Shown here in pieces: positions 1 to 14,775 of a DNA stretch of 64,000 bases; the first letter of the stretch is position 1, and each line of letters opens with the position of its first letter. The notes beneath the pieces are model-generated. The model was given only the letters and a program-made list of their open reading frames with translations. It made no database searches and was not told where the DNA came from. The stretch spans positions 930,001 to 994,000 of the forward strand of contig JAYWIR010000015.1 of assembly GCA_036172245.1 (NCBI GenBank), in the 5' to 3' direction. Source of the stretch: Raillietiella orientalis (lineage: Eukaryota). Both the position numbers and the translations under genes were made by a program.

Positions 1-470
1 TTATGAAATTATCTAACATGTATTTGCATTTATTTAAATATGCACTGATATCCGTAATAATCATAATAAACATGTACATTTTTTTTTAAATCTTCACTAT
101 GTACATTCGTCAATAATTATGTCAATAAATGCGTGTGGTAAAATTAATTTGTACATCAATCTGTATCTTAATTTATATACCAATATACATGTTAATATAT
201 GTGATAAACATATGTATTAATATTTTCAATATTTAATACATATATTTACATATACATATAACATCAGAAATTATATTAATAAATGTGTGTGTGAAATATG
301 TGGAAATAAACTTGTATATTAATCTATATATGGAAATGCATATTAATAGAATGGTAAGCATATATGTGTGTATTTGATAATGCTTAAAATCCATACTAAT
401 CTATGCATTAATCTATATATAAGTTTACATAGTAATATGTACAATATGCACATGCATTTATTTTTAAGAA
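1..470. repeat. Very AT-rich, low-complexity degenerate repeat region
   Basis: Recurring TA/TG-rich motifs such as aataaatg(c/t)gtgtg near 125 and 278, aatct(g/a)tat near 157, 321 and 410, and tatgtacat. Composition differs sharply from the sequence after about 470. Confidence 0.6.
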
Positions 471-3400
471 CGTTCAGGAATTTGAATCGGGGCCGTTTTA
501 TGGGGCCTCACCCACTTCGATGTCTCATTGAGGTGGAAAGAGTAAATGATTATACTATTGGGAATTCGTCCGTCTTTCCGGAGCTCTTAGCTGCAGAGGA
601 CACATTCCCTCATCTCATGAGGAGCAAAGGAGCATAAGTGTTCCGTGGATAAAGCAGCTCCACAGACGCTGAGGCACTCTTTCAGGGATGGACATGCTCG
701 ATAAAATAATCTCACTGTCTCATTGGGTATCCAACGGTTTCAGCCATCATAGCAACCTATCACTTTCTACGGTGTTCCATTGAGACAGCTTCTCATCAGA
801 TCCTCAACAACATTTCATTCTAAAAAAAATTTTGTCAAAGCTATTTTAGCATACATGATATACTTATTAACATGGATGATTAATATATACTTTAAAGATT
901 AAAAAAATGAGATTTATCGCGAGCATATATGAAAAAGTGGGTTTGCATTCTCAAAATCTCAAGGTGGATCGTCTTTGATGCGCCCCCAAAATAACCTTGA
1001 ACCCCTTCGGTCTCTCTGTTTTCCTTCGGTTTCCGCAAAATTTCTGTCTTTGTTCCGAATTTCAGTCCCGGCTGGACCAGCGAGGTCGAAGATTTTCCCC
1101 GAGAGAAAATGAAAAAAAATTCCCGGCCCATTTTTCCATGTGTGGATGTACTCCGTTGCTAATTCATGGAGTGGACGCAATCCGTTGACGTTTGCGTGGA
1201 ACCACTCGTCACCATGCAACACGGATGCAGTTGCCGAAAGTGTCTCCCTTCGCATCTCAAGTGTCTTTCCGGGGAAAAAATCTGGGGCGTGCCAATTTTT
1301 TTTTTCTTTTAAAACAAAAACAAAAACAAAAGTATCGAGGGTGATTTTCCAAATGGCTCTTCAGATATTCCCAAACACTATTCAAGTATGCACTTCCAGA
1401 CGCAACCGCGGTCCAAAAGAGTAGGAAAGCGCTCCTGAGGGAAAGTGGACTATTCGTTCGAGCTCTCCAGATGAAATTAAATAAAAGTTACATAATGTTT
1501 GCTTTCAGATACACATCGCGTCCACAGAATGGAAAAATCCTTGAATCCTGTTTTTTTTTTTTTTTTCCTTTTTTTTAATCCTCGACGTTACATAGTCACC
1601 TGCTGTACACGAAAGCACATACTGCAGGGAGTTCTGTCGCCATCCGCATGTTTTATGGCTGGAACACTCCCGTGTGCTCCAGCCATAAACAAAATCTCCG
1701 AAAGGAGCATTCCTCGAAGAAATGACATTTGCTGCTCTTTTCGTTTTTTCGTGCCCCCCGTGCTTGTGCACGGAAGGGTGGAATCTCACGGAGCAAACAG
1801 AGGACCGGAATCCAGCATCTCGGAAATTTCCAGTTTCCGGATCTCGGAAAAGCGGTTTGCAGGAGCGCTTCTAAGAGAAATCACCACTGCTGTGACGTAG
1901 GAAGCTTCCGGTGTGAAACGCGATTTCAAACCATCAGTTTTTCACGTAGTGGTCGGCACAAAGGCCGGGTTTTAGAATCAGTGTTGCCAAATTATTCCTG
2001 ACTTCACCTCAAGATTTGGAATACCTAAAGGTACCTGCTCCTAATTATCTCGTAATTATCCATACGAACCTCGTAAAAGTTCGAGCAAATACAGCTTTAG
2101 ATCACAAAAGTAATTATCTGGGAAAATTGCTTGTGCTAGCAGAAGGAGACAGCTATCAAAATGTCACATTTGTTCTGGAGAGTTCGCGCGGCTCAAGAGT
2201 TTGTGGACAGCACCGTGAGCGAATAAAAATGCTTTGCCATTGCTTCCATAGAAGCGTACCCTTTCAAAGAGCTGTAGTGGTTTCCTTTCAGAGGTTTCCC
2301 GGTTCTTGGTTGGGAACAGCCACTTCAGGAGAAACACAGGAAACGTTCAAAGTGCTTTTCGAACTGGACGCTGGCCCACTTTTACGACGTACAATTTCGG
2401 ACAGTGGATGTTTCCAATCGCACTGTTCTGGATAGTTCCTGTAATGCGCAGTGGATGGTAGCTGCTGTGGATAATTGCCATCGAAAGCAGTAATGACCTA
2501 AAGAACTGGCTTACGGTTCTTGACCTTGCACGGGATTCGAGGACCATTAAGATTTCCTTCCCTGTTTTGTGCTTCTGGCAATCACCTTCTGATACCATCG
2601 AAATGCCGTGAGTTTTCTCATTCTGCCAGAGTTCATCATGAGACACAGTCATCGACAGAAAGACGATTCTCAAATCACGGAGAGCCATTCTCACCCGACT
2701 GAGACGCTAGAAAATAAGCCAAAATTAGAAAAATGAGACTCAGTAGCCCAAACAAATTCAATTCCCGTTGCATGCTGATTTTCAAGGGATTTTCTTGGAA
2801 ACAGGCAAAGGTACCACCGGGAACTTCATAAACAGTAGATGATGGATTCAATAGACTTTCCGAGATCTACAAGGAAAGTTCGAAAGCCATTTTCCAAAAT
2901 CAGCTATTCAAACAGGGCGATCTAATAAATGCATCTCGATAGGGTCGTGCACCTCTTGTAAAATTTGTTGCTCGCGTAGCGTCGTCCTCCTCGCGTTCCG
3001 TTTTACAGAATTCGAACGTCCTCTCATCTCCATGCCTGCAGCTTCCTTTATCTCTTTATGAATCTAGAAGATGCACAGTGAAGATGCCACTTTTGCCACT
3101 GCAGTCTCCTGCTTAGTCCGTAGAAGCAGCCACTCGACAGCATACTTCGGAATTAACTGGAATTTCTCTGCTTCATTGATCTTCGTACGAAGCGAAATTG
3201 TGGGAAAAGAGCTGCACGATGCAATCAATTAAAAGTGATTTATTATACTGCGTATCTTGATGAGCAATTTTGGAGAATTCAGTGCAGAAATTTTTTTACA
3301 GCTATTGCTTTTCTTTTTTTTTTTTTTTTTTTACGTACCTCTACCACCACTGGGGGTGTCAGAACATCGATGACATAATTGGATTCCATAAAGGAGATCG

Positions 3401-6400
3401 TGGAAAGAAACGATGCCATCTTCGTGAAAAGAGAAATTTTTCTTTTTTTCTTTTTATGGTTTTTTTTTTTTATTTTCGTATCAGTGGGAGGTATTAGTGA
3501 TTAATCTTGAGGAAGTGACTTATACGAACGTCACGTCATCTATCATAATTGTTTTGTCAGCATTGCACTTGCCCAAAGCACTCTGTGAAATCAAAACATG
3601 TAATACAGAATTTCTCTTTTCGATGGTCACATGCTTGGAGCAGGCACGCCGTTACGTGGATACGGCAGAGCTTCTCCTGAGGAACGAGGGAATCTTCCTC
3701 AAGATGATCTGTCACGTCACTGTTACAGCGGAGCACCATGCAGCTGAAAAGCAAACTAATAATGAACATCCACGAAAAGTGGATTTTGTTCAGAGTCTGC
3801 ATTTTTTTGCTTTGTATACCATCACTCTTCCCTGCGATTCAAAAGAAAAACAGAGAACAATAGAATTTCCTCAGTCTGTTGCTCTCCAGCGTGCTAAGAT
3901 GCGCTGTGACCGATATCTATTTGATCGACTGAATGCAAGTGGAGGACTGAACGCGGAACTTTTTCTGGATGGCGTACGGATTGCGAACTCGAGGATTCTT
4001 CTTAAAGGACATCAACCCGCAATTCGTCTACGGGCAAAAACGAAACCCAACCAGGTATCTGTAGAAAAAAACACAAGCCGAAGCTCTTCAGGATGCGCCT
4101 TCGTGACAGCACATCTCAAGAAAACCGTCGATCACAAAGAGCTGCGCTGAAAATCATCAGCAGCTGATAAGCGGCAGTGATAATCCGAATGGAAAATTGT
4201 CGAGCACACAAAAGCATTCTAGCATCAATAAAGGAAACCCTGGTGATTTACGATGCCTTACATCTCTTGGATAGCTACATTTAGGATAAAGTTTACCAGC
4301 GGAGACAGGAAAAATGATCTGGAGCGAACTGCAGGCACTTTTCCAATTACCTCCATAGATAAAAGGAGAAGGGCACTTTTACTCCTCACACATTTGACCC
4401 TCCAGTCAATGAGGTTTTCCTTACCGCATTTCCTCTTTGAGCTTTTTTTGGAACTGAGAGCCATTCGGAGGCTTCTTTTTAATGCATCCCACCAGAAGAA
4501 CGAAGCGGAAATTTCAATGCTCCTCGCCTGCCTGGCGAGCATTCCATGAGATTTGGATAAACATTCGTTTTTCCGTAAATAAATACCCACGCATCCACTA
4601 CACGTGGTCAGTTTTCAGTCGAAGCAAGGTCGTAATGGCTTTAATTGTATTCCATTCAGTTGCTTTATCCTTCGTGGTTTCGGATGTAGGTTATGAAACG
4701 TGAGGATTTGGGGCGACCTCTCGAGCGCCCTCCATTTCCCCACCGAGCTTCCCAGCTCTGTAATAATTCGGCAAGGGTTCGTTGAGAGAGAAAGCTCTGA
4801 GAAATGAGAGATCGACCTTCTCTTCCAGTCCAAGTGTCCGATTGCCCTGTTCTAACCATCATTTGCATTCGAATCACAGCTTCCAGCTTCGTTTTCACGT
4901 TTCTCCTTTATTCATTACAGTATGGCTTTCCAGTGGACAACGGATGCAGTTAGCAGGGTACCGCTGGCTTCTCAAAGCTTCAGATGCACTCGTTAGTTGG
5001 AATAGCCGATCCTTTCATTCATTTTTACTTTCATTCAGTCAGTACACATGCATATCCACGAGCCTATTGGAATGGTACATCCCTATTTGCTGGTGGGTTC
5101 ATCTCTGCATGCTTCAGCTTTAAAGGAGACACTTCTTTTGCTGTTCATTTTAAAGACATTGCATTTCAAGTTCCTGCAGCATGCTCGTTACACATTTGGT
5201 TCAGCTGCAGCTTCAGTTTGAAGCTTTTTTTTTTTTTTTACTCACTCTTTGAGCATGAGGTCACTCAAACCTTTAAGTACCTCCTGAACTTGACTTGCTA
5301 AGAGCTTCCTTCCACAATGTCTTTTCCTGTACTGTCACCCACGACTCATAGTCTTTTCTTAAAATCACATTCATCCCTTACCCAATGAGTTTCGCCAGCA
5401 CCACGTGTATTTTTCACCGGCACCCCTCATCAGGTTGCCCCAAGTATCCCACTCGGATCCGTGCTTAGGCTCCTTCGATCCTGCCAGCGTCCTCCCCCTA
5501 AAGCCATTCAGTTTCCAGCATTTGCTTCCGACTCGTGCAAGAGGGAATCCCAAGTTCCTAATCTGAAATGACCCAAGTCCATCAGCAAGGGGACGCTCCT
5601 TCGAGAGCATTCCGCGCGTGGGTTCCGGGAATTCCAATCGGCAACTTTGGGAGTCGCAAGGGGTTGAATCTTGCGATTCCGAAGAGAGAACTGGCGTGTT
5701 TGTTTCTCAACGCGGCAGTTTTCTAACTAACCGATGGGCCTCTTCTTGATCTGAAGTAGCGTTGCGTAATCATAAATTACGCCTGTAATCGCACCGCTAA
5801 AAGTGTATTCACACCATTTGACTTCTCGTGTGTTTTGTGTTCACCAATAAAGCATGCCCGAATTTGCAAACGTGACTAGGGATTTGAGCAGAACAAACAG
5901 AGGGGCAGAGAGTTTTGATTTCGTTTTTTTTTTTTTTTTTTGGCTATTTGGGCGGTCATCACTCAAGCACGTGTTTTAAAAAGAGGAAAAGACGTAGTTC
6001 ATTCACGAGGGAAGAAGAAGCATGGTGCCACATCCGAAACCGGAAGCCCAGTTGGAATAATCCGAACTTTAGGAACCCTGGTTTCCTCTTCCCACAATTT
6101 ACGTTCGGAGTTTTGATAAGCAGCAGCGAAAGAGTGAGAATAGCCGACTTGCTTGGACAAGAAAAAAGTGATCACCAGCAGATCCGATGGTGTCTTCTTG
6201 GTAACACTTGAAGGTATAATTTTGACTTTCCAAAAGCCTTGCAGCTGTCCTTTACACGAGTGTCTTCGCTAAGCATCTCACGTACGTGTCATGGTTACGC
6301 GCGTCTCATTCTCTGAAAGTGCACGTACGCGTTTCTACCACGCACTTTTATTTCCTTCCGTTTCCCCTTGTTCTGGGAGGCAGGATTACATATATTTTGC

Positions 6401-7559
6401 TCCCCTTCTACGGAAGTCCTTATTTTCCAGCTATCTTTCCTGCTCGACTTTTACATCAGCTCACTTGTTGCTACGATACCGACTTGCTCCTGCCTCCTGC
6501 AGCAATAGCCACCCATTCTTCCGATCCATTTTCTTTTTTTTTTTTTTGTAGAGTAACGAAAAGGAGACTTGTATTTGTTTTTGTTTCGACCCTTCTATTT
6601 GTTTCGACAGCCTTCATCGTGAGGCTGATGCCTTGCTAGGACCTTACTTCAGAGCTTACCAGAGGACTCTGGTAAGCTCTGAAGCCATCTCAGCGATCCA
6701 CATGCTTGTATAAATTTTGCTTCTAGTAGCCTCCATTGGTTTGCATTTCCTTTAGAAGATCCCTGGCACAATTCTTCCGACATGCTGACCACACTGCCTA
6801 GATCGCACGTTTCGGCAGCACTTTCTGAACGGAGCATTACAACTCAAGAGAGATCGTAACCGTTGGAATCTGCACTCTTGCAGTTTCCTTGCTGCTCAGA
6901 TCGTGACCAGTTTTTTCCATTTGGATCTACCGATGGAAATAGCTGACCATTTTTCGTAAATGCCCTCATTACCTAGAGTGGGCCGATGCTTCTTCCAAAT
7001 CTACATGTCTTTTCGAGCTATTCTCTAGGACTGTTTTACTGGTTTCGCTTCGCAGAACGTTCGATCAAATGATAAAGGTCCAAGACGTTGAAGCAGACTA
7101 GAATATTAGTTGGCAGTAATCCATAGAACCGAATGTTGACGTGCTACCTTTGCTTTTGTCCCCTGTGTAGGTCGTCCATCACGCAGCATAAATCGATAGC
7201 TGATTTTAAAAAATTTCAGAGATGTTTTCCCTCTTTCCGACGATGATGGATCCCCAAAAACTTTCTATCTTGAATCTAAATAAATTATTTCTTGGCCTGT
7301 TCCACGAGCCGGAGTTATGGAATCGTCTTCCTGTTTTTCGAAGGACGCATTTATCTTCCGGTGCATAAAAAACCATTCATTGACTTTTGTTTCGGTATTT
7401 TTTTCATCGAGGAGCCTTCTGTTTGTACATAAATCATAACCTCATACTTGCGAAATACTTAAAAGAAGAAGGTACAAAATTGTATCCGTCACTGCTGCTG
7501 TAGCGTGTGCAGCCTTGATGAAAAGGTAACCCCTTGCCTTTCCGTCTCTCAGCACTTGC

Positions 7560-9260
7560 GTTGGGATGCATGCGTTTCCGTCGAGTGTCTTCTGATGCTG
7601 TCTTTGCTCCGTAAAGGGCAGAATTCCTACCACTTTAGAAGAACCTTGGTTTGAGCCTCCCACGAGCGTGAACCCTACAGAATGCGCAGCCGACTCCGCA
7701 GGGATGGGAAGCGTTCTAAGGACAAGTCACTGCTTTCGAGGGAACTTCATGTCGATTTCTGTGAGCTTACTAGCAGTAAGGGGACATACTCGTACTCATC
7801 CGACGTACTTCTCTTGACAGGTGGCTTCCATATTCATAAGAAAGCGAGAGGAATAGAGATCGCTCTCTGTACAGTGATATGAATCCCAGCAAGCATTAGC
7901 AGTCGCCACATCCCTCTGCTGAAGATACAACTTCCTGTCCCTACTGCGTATATCCTGGATCGGAAATTTTCCACTTCTCGGATTTCTCAAACTGTCTCCT
8001 TGGATTCGACTCCGTTGAAAGAGAAGCCCGCAGCTTGAAGGAAGATTCTGCGTAAATCTAAGGGAAGAAATGGGTCTGGGCCTTCAACCCGAAGAATCTT
8101 CTCGACGAAGGTGGAAGGCAAGTTTCTTGAGTTTTCGTTACCGATGCGTTGTTTTCTAAGTTCTCAATGACAACATCCTTGCTTCTCTTACATGTGTTTC
8201 AAATGAAAAAGAAAAAAATAAAATAAAATACACACTACGAGCCCCATTATCTTCACGAAACTAGCTGACAGCCCCTTCACGGTAGCATCCCATCCACCCT
8301 CACCCCCTCTTCAGTCGCAGTATCAACGTTTCAGGTACCTTATGCACATTGCCGTCCGAAAGAAGGGTCTCTGTCCTTTCTCGCAGGTGCGATTTGGCTG
8401 GCAGATCATGTAAGGCTAATGAAAAAAAAAAACAAAAAACAAAATAGCTCCAGGGAATTTCTTATGGCACGAGGAAGATTCGTGGAACGAACTGTGCCTT
8501 CGAATGCCTCCGAATTGGGAAGATGCGGAGCAACCGAAGGATCACCGACACCAGTAGACGCTTGGTCTCGTAGCGCGCTCACTTCAAGAGCCAATCCTTC
8601 GTGAAAATGGCATATATAGTCTCAGCATCCAGGAGCTCGGGTCTCAAGATCGAACTCTTTCGACTGCGTGGGGGATGCACCTGGCCTGCACGAGGCTACG
8701 GGTGTGTCCCGACTTCCTCCCCTTAGCGCCATGAAGGACACATCCAGTTGCTTCCGGGAGCACGCGGTGCTTCGATAGCTTGATGTGTGGAAACGTTTCC
8801 TCGTGGATTCTTCCAGTTGCTGTCGCCCACTGAAGGAGGATGTTGAAGTGGAAGGATAGAGAGCGTTCCTGAAGAACAGAACAACGAAGGGCTCTCAGAT
8901 AAATGCAATTCATGAAGTGGTCCAGCGATAGGCAGATGTGTTTGGCAGCTTAGAGAAAACCTCAGTGACAAAACGGGAGGTGAACGATCGCTGCTAATTT
9001 CTCTTTGAAGAACACGCGTTCTAAGAAAGGAAGTCAGGCGTCCACAGGCGAATGTTAGTCGTAGAAACCTTGAGTGCCCTGGTCGGTGTGCATGGGAATG
9101 TTGCTCGAACAGGCTGCGACACTCTCTGACGCGTTCTCTTAACCAGAAAAAGCGAAGCCGCTTCCGAAGAGCAGAGAAGAGAAGATGTGTCCTACGGAAT
9201 GCTCCTTTGCGTCAGAGCTTGTGTTTGTGTAGCGCCGAAGTGTACCAAATGTGCAGATCG
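7560..9260 (-). mobile_element. Possible highly decayed non-LTR retrotransposon ORF2 remnant
   Basis: Minus-strand fragments loosely follow RT motif order: YTNTSSDAK (cf. ISLLNSDYK), SGFAFSG (cf. QxGFxxGR), SVLQERSLSFHFNILLQW (cf. GVRQGCPLSPLLFNI). Many stops and frameshifts; matches are loose. Confidence 0.3.
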
Positions 9261-12200
9261 GGAAATCAGAATGTGAAGCGAATGAAGAAGCACAGTCCGT
9301 CGAAGTGAAAGAAGGAGAAATCATGCAGCAGCATGAGGAGAGACGGAAAGGAGATTGTGAGAAAGTTGATGCACGAAGAGAAAGAAGGTGCGAATTTAAA
9401 ACGAGCAAACATGTGCACATGAGAGAGAAGAACCAAAAAGAAAAAGAAGGAAAGGAAGAAAAAAATTCGTGCCATCTGAAACGAAAGACGGTCGACTATC
9501 GTATGCTAGGAACAGATTCCCATGCGTTCTTAAGTTCCGGCACAAGAATTTTCGAAAAAAAGTTTAAGTCCGACGCTTCTGCATCCGCAAACAACCTGGG
9601 CATCTGCCTGTTCCCTTGAAAGTTCTCACCAGAAGGCAAAAAAGAAAAAAAAGAAAAAAAAAGAAAAGAAAAGAAAAGCATGACAACCTTCCTTTTCAAC
9701 TGATAATTTTCCTTTTTTCCTGTAGAAAAAATAAAAAGTATTCGCTAATTTTGCTGACCTTCCCTGAGGGGTTTTCGGAGATGTTCGTGGTATTTTCCAC
9801 CGTGCCTTTGGAATAAGCAGTTGCGGCAGGTTCTCTCACTTCGGCTAAAAATTTGCTTTCACTTTCTGCTGAAGGCTCCATTCTGACTCCCACAACGCCA
9901 GTCTAATTGTTTTGGGTCGGTGACTACCACTTACTTGTAACCTTAAGGTGGTCACTCATTCATTTCTTCGCATCCTGTGCATGCCGGGGAATGAGTTGTC
10001 GCGAGCACGGGGTTTTTGTTACTTTCTCTTCCAGTGTTTTTTTCCTCACCGATGCTGTGCATTTAATTTCGTCCGCTTTCCAGTTCCCTTCGTGGAAATC
10101 TCGCGCGCCTAAACCGCTTTTTTTGCCTCTTCTGGTGCAGCACCGAGGACTAATGTGGAACCTGGACGTCACGAGCTGCTTCCATCATAGGATGGCTCAC
10201 CTTCCAGCATCAGCAACGATTTTCGTTTCTCAGGTTACAGCGCTCTCTTGCTGCAGTCCGGGGGTGCGTGCCTTTCTTACGTCTTTGCTGTCACAAAACG
10301 AACGGAAATTTATGACGATGACCTAGGCACGAGGATAGGAGAATGGCCAGTACAGGAATGCTGGAAAGAATGTAGGAAGACTTACAACCTCTCCCACGTT
10401 TCAGAGGTGTCGAAGTGCTACCGTTCTCAGTTAAGGGAACCACTTGGGACGAAGAATATTCCGATGCGTATTCTGTTCTTTCGATTCTGCGACTGACGTC
10501 TGTGTCTTTGAAGCATCCAGAGTTGCGCGATTCGTTTTTGCGCACAGTAATATTGTGGAAAAAGGAGCACATCTATAGAAAAATCGATGTAGCCATGGTG
10601 AAAGTCGGCATTTCAAACGTTGCCGATTTATATATTGAAATTCACTTCGTATGGGATAAGAAAAAGAGTGTTTCTGTTTGGAACACTGCTCAGGAACACC
10701 GAGGGTGTAACCCGCGGCAGGGATTCCATCTACGAAGGACTGATCCATTGAAGAGCAGAAACACCACAGTCCAGAATAATGGAATGGGAAGAGTGCCGAG
10801 TAAGGGCTGAGGGACCCAAAACTTTGGCAGCACGCTAGTTTGAAAGATCGAGCTGCAAAATAGAGTGATTTTGAAGTTTGCAGGAACCCCCAAGCAGGGA
10901 CGTTCTTAATCACGCTGCTTCGCAGCCTCCATGCAATAAATTCGGAGTTTTTCAAGGTTCGGATGCTTCATCGGGGAACCTGCCGGTTTCCACTGTAGTT
11001 TACGTCACGTGACCGAAACCAGCCCAAAGTTTGGTCAAGTCACCAGAAGTGGTTCGATCCATCTGAAGTCCTGCAGAATAAATAAATTGCGAGATTTGCT
11101 CTTTATGGCGAAGGGTTAACATGAACAACAGCAGTAAAAGATTGGAAAGACGCTGAAAAATAAAATTCGTCGAAGTAAACAGAATCGCTTATTTCTTTTC
11201 CTTTTCTCTCTCTTTTTTTTTTTTTTTGGTTTTTTGGAGGGTGGGTCTATTAGATGAGCTCGAGATTCTGCTGCACTTTCATTTTGTACACCCAGGCTAC
11301 TAACCTTTACGAAGAATACCTTACCGTTGTGGAAGGATGGATTAGTAGACAGCTCAAAGCAAAGATTTGGTAAAGAATAGTTTTTTTTCTGTATTGAATG
11401 CGGAAAGATGGATTTTAGGTCGGAGGCAAGAAAGTGCAATCGGCGGAAATCATTGGCAGCGCATGCTCCGAAAGGGATTGATGGATGAAAGAGACTGAGA
11501 TGCACTCAAGTCCACCCTCTCGAGGTGCCTCGGACGGCCACCGGATGAACGTGCTGAAAATACAGCATATGTGTGTAGGAGGAAGGTGAGCAAGTCGACA
11601 GGCATTCTTCATTCGGCGAGACCTCGCGGACCCAGTGCCATGCACCGGGGGCAGCAAATGTTTGTCAGCTTTCGGTCTTACGTAAACGAGCAAAAAAGCA
11701 AAGCGAGAACCGAATGCGAAAAAGGAGGAACTCTGGAGCAGAATCGGAGCCGCTCCGTGGAAGCGGAATCGAAAGGCAGCCCGTTGTTTGCTTGACGGAC
11801 TCCACGAGTTCCAACGAAAACGAAAAGAGACAGGAAAAAAAAAAAAAGAAGAAGGAACAAAAAAAAAAAGGCTTTTTTTTTTTTTGGCCATCTTTCCAAG
11901 TGAAAGTGACAGTCCTTGAGAGTAAGCTGTTAACAGTACGATCTCATTCAAACACCTTCGTGGTGTCTGAATAGAAAGAAAGGATTCTTCAGTAGGAATG
12001 AACGATATCGAACGAATCCTTTATTTCCGATGCTGCTGAGAATGTGAAAACAGTGACAAATGAACTCATGAGTATCGACGAATAACTAAGGCATCAAAAA
12101 TATTTCTTTTCTTAATGGCTGCTTTCGTACCGATAGACTGTGAGTCTTCTAACGGAAAATTCTAAAGATTCTTCCGATGTACGCATGGTCATAAGCCCAT

Positions 12201-13949
12201 GAGCAGAAGAAATGAAACACTTTGCTGAATCTCAACTCATTCTCATCATCAGTTTCTGAATATTTCAAACTAAAATTAGAGGCCCACAAAGAAATCAGAA
12301 TGCAGTTTTCTTGTACGTTAACAGAGCGTTTTCAGAGGTGCCGTCGGCAGCTGAAGAACCAGAAGGTGACTTTACGTTGCCCTCAGAATTTCCAGCTTTC
12401 CATGCACATCCCAGGAATGGCGGAATCTCGTAAAGCCAGCATGAAGCAGCGATCTTCTTAGAGAAGTGAGGGGGGATGGGAAGGAATGCCTTCTTGTAAG
12501 TTTATTTGGATCGTCATCAATGATCTCTGCTCTCCCGTCAGTTTGCGTTTCGGAGATGCAAGAGTTACTTTTCACACATATGTTTTCGGTCTCATTCAGT
12601 AATTCCTCTGTTCATTGTCACTCTGAGAATCGACGAAGAGACAAATCCGCGAGTTCTCGAATTTCCACGATGCGATTCAACTTTTGCCCAGGGCGCATCA
12701 AACACATCAATAGGCGTTCGGTTTCACATTTTCGCGTCCTCCCCCTGCAATTCCAAACGGCTTCACTTTCATTCAACTGATATGGAGACACGGAGGGAGA
12801 CTTTATGATGTGTGAAGACCCCAGCTGGCTGGAAATTCTAATAGAATTTCGGAAATTTTTTTTCGTTCTTTTTGGCTTTTCTTCCGACCTCTCTCCGAAT
12901 CCTGCAAGATCCAGGTATAGCCGATGAAGCAATCAGCAAATGCTCGACGGGCGTCCGTCCACATGTAAACTGCAAGCATAGGATCGTGACCAATACAAGC
13001 AAGCACGAGGTCGCGGCGAAATGCGACCAACGCGCCAAGTTTCACCAGATTTGGGACTTTCCTGTTGATGATACTTTGAGGGGATCCGGGATCAGAAGCG
13101 CTTTCACTTTGATTGCCTTGGCGTGATGGCAGATTTTCGTAGAGCTCATTAATGAGTCCTCACACCCTGCACTTTGAAAGGAATTATTCCTTGGAAATTT
13201 TCAGTTGATTTCGAAGCTTCTGCGGTCACTGAAATGATATTTAATCTATAAACCCTCGGCGAGTCGTCTGTACAAGAAAGTAGATCGTTCTTAATTCCCT
13301 GAAGTACAGTAACCGAAAGCAAAGCGTGACCTCATGTATTAGTCAGATTTTCTAAATTGGCGACTTTTTACTTTTATGGAATGTTGAATTCAATTGAGTG
13401 TATCTGTTTGATGATGGAACTGTGCATTCAATTGATGCGAACTAGGAAGCGGGAACTTCAGCGGTCTTCAAAATGAAGTTTTTAATGAGATCCTCAACAG
13501 AACTGTTTATCAAGATAATGTCCCCCTTGTCTGTTTGAAAATATTTCTAGGGGCTCCTCACCTTAAAGTACAGGTCTCGGCGAAATACAGAGCATCACGA
13601 AATCAAAAGGAAGACAACACAACCCCCTTTCATTAAACTTATTTTAGGACATGCTTTTCTTCGTTCTTTTCAGAAAAAGGCAAAAGAAATTGCGAGCTCG
13701 GGTAGATGATACCCGAAGGAGATACTTGAAGCTGTCTTCGGACATGAACGGATTACGATGAACTTTGGTAATCGATCTTGAGATCTCTTGCGCTTGTGAT
13801 GTCTCCAGGGATTCTATAGACCTCATGTTTCCTAATTTAGTCGGTTACCCTAATTCCACTCATTCTGATGCTTCAGGTCAACTCCATACATCACACGCCT
13901 TCACTTCATATTTGTCCGCACCTACGTGATTCATCAAGGAATAGGTTCA

Positions 13950-14775
13950 CTTCGAGTGTACACACGGCATGTATTCAATTCAGATCCATCGTCATGAAGC
14001 ATTGAAATCACTCTAGCTGTCTGTTGCCGCTGCTATTTATCTATTCGCAAAGACCAGGTCATCATGAATTCTCGTTATTTTATAAAACCTGCATGATACT
14101 GGTTTGTACATTCCTTTCCAGCATCACGACTCTACGGTGCCCAATACAAACAAACTTCTGTTTCGGAAGCACGCTGTTCATCCTCGTCAACTTCCCATCA
14201 AGTCTGAAGCTGAATTACTGACGGCAGTTTATGGAAGCTGATGAAAAGAAATCTTCTGAATATTTATGCAGCTCTTCAGATAATCGTGTGATTTTGCCTT
14301 CATGAAGCTCGGCAGCAAGACCCGTTCCCGAAAAACCATTAGCTACCCATAATTCAGGATGGGTTCGCCACTCTACCTTCAAAGTTTCAGGATGTCTCTC
14401 TTTTTTTTATGCTATTTCCATTTGTCATTTTTTGCATATCTCAGTCGAAACTGAGCGTCCGTGCCTTCTCACCGCGCTCGTCGAGCTGTGAACTTTCAAA
14501 CGGAGAAACTCTCCGATGAGACGGAGCATACATTCTAAGTACATCTTCGCGTACATCTCCGTCCGCACCACAATTTCCCGAAGAAAGTCGTCCTCGGCAA
14601 CCGCCAGGAATTTGCACATGTGATGAGGAAGGGATTCTGGTCCTCGAAATTCATCTTCAAGAAAACGGCAGATCTTGTTTCGTTCTTCGGGCTGATTTGA
14701 ATGCCCACTGCTTTTCGAGAGGAATGACTGCAGGTAAACAGTCCTTTGGCTTTGGGCGGTAAGGACAAAAAACAA
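13950..14775 (-). mobile_element. Possible decayed piggyBac-like transposase remnant
   Basis: ORF 14425-14775 contains FLAVAEDDFLREIVVRTEMYAK, resembling the piggyBac N-terminal motif FxxFFxDExxxxIVxxTNxYA. Downstream broken frames give PSFMKAKSHDYLKSCINI and PKQKFVCIGHRRVV in the expected order. Confidence 0.4.

Noticed and set aside
3497..4150. Longest ORF in the track (217 aa) as a gene
   Set aside because: Non-ATG start, no recognisable domain, no clear splice structure.
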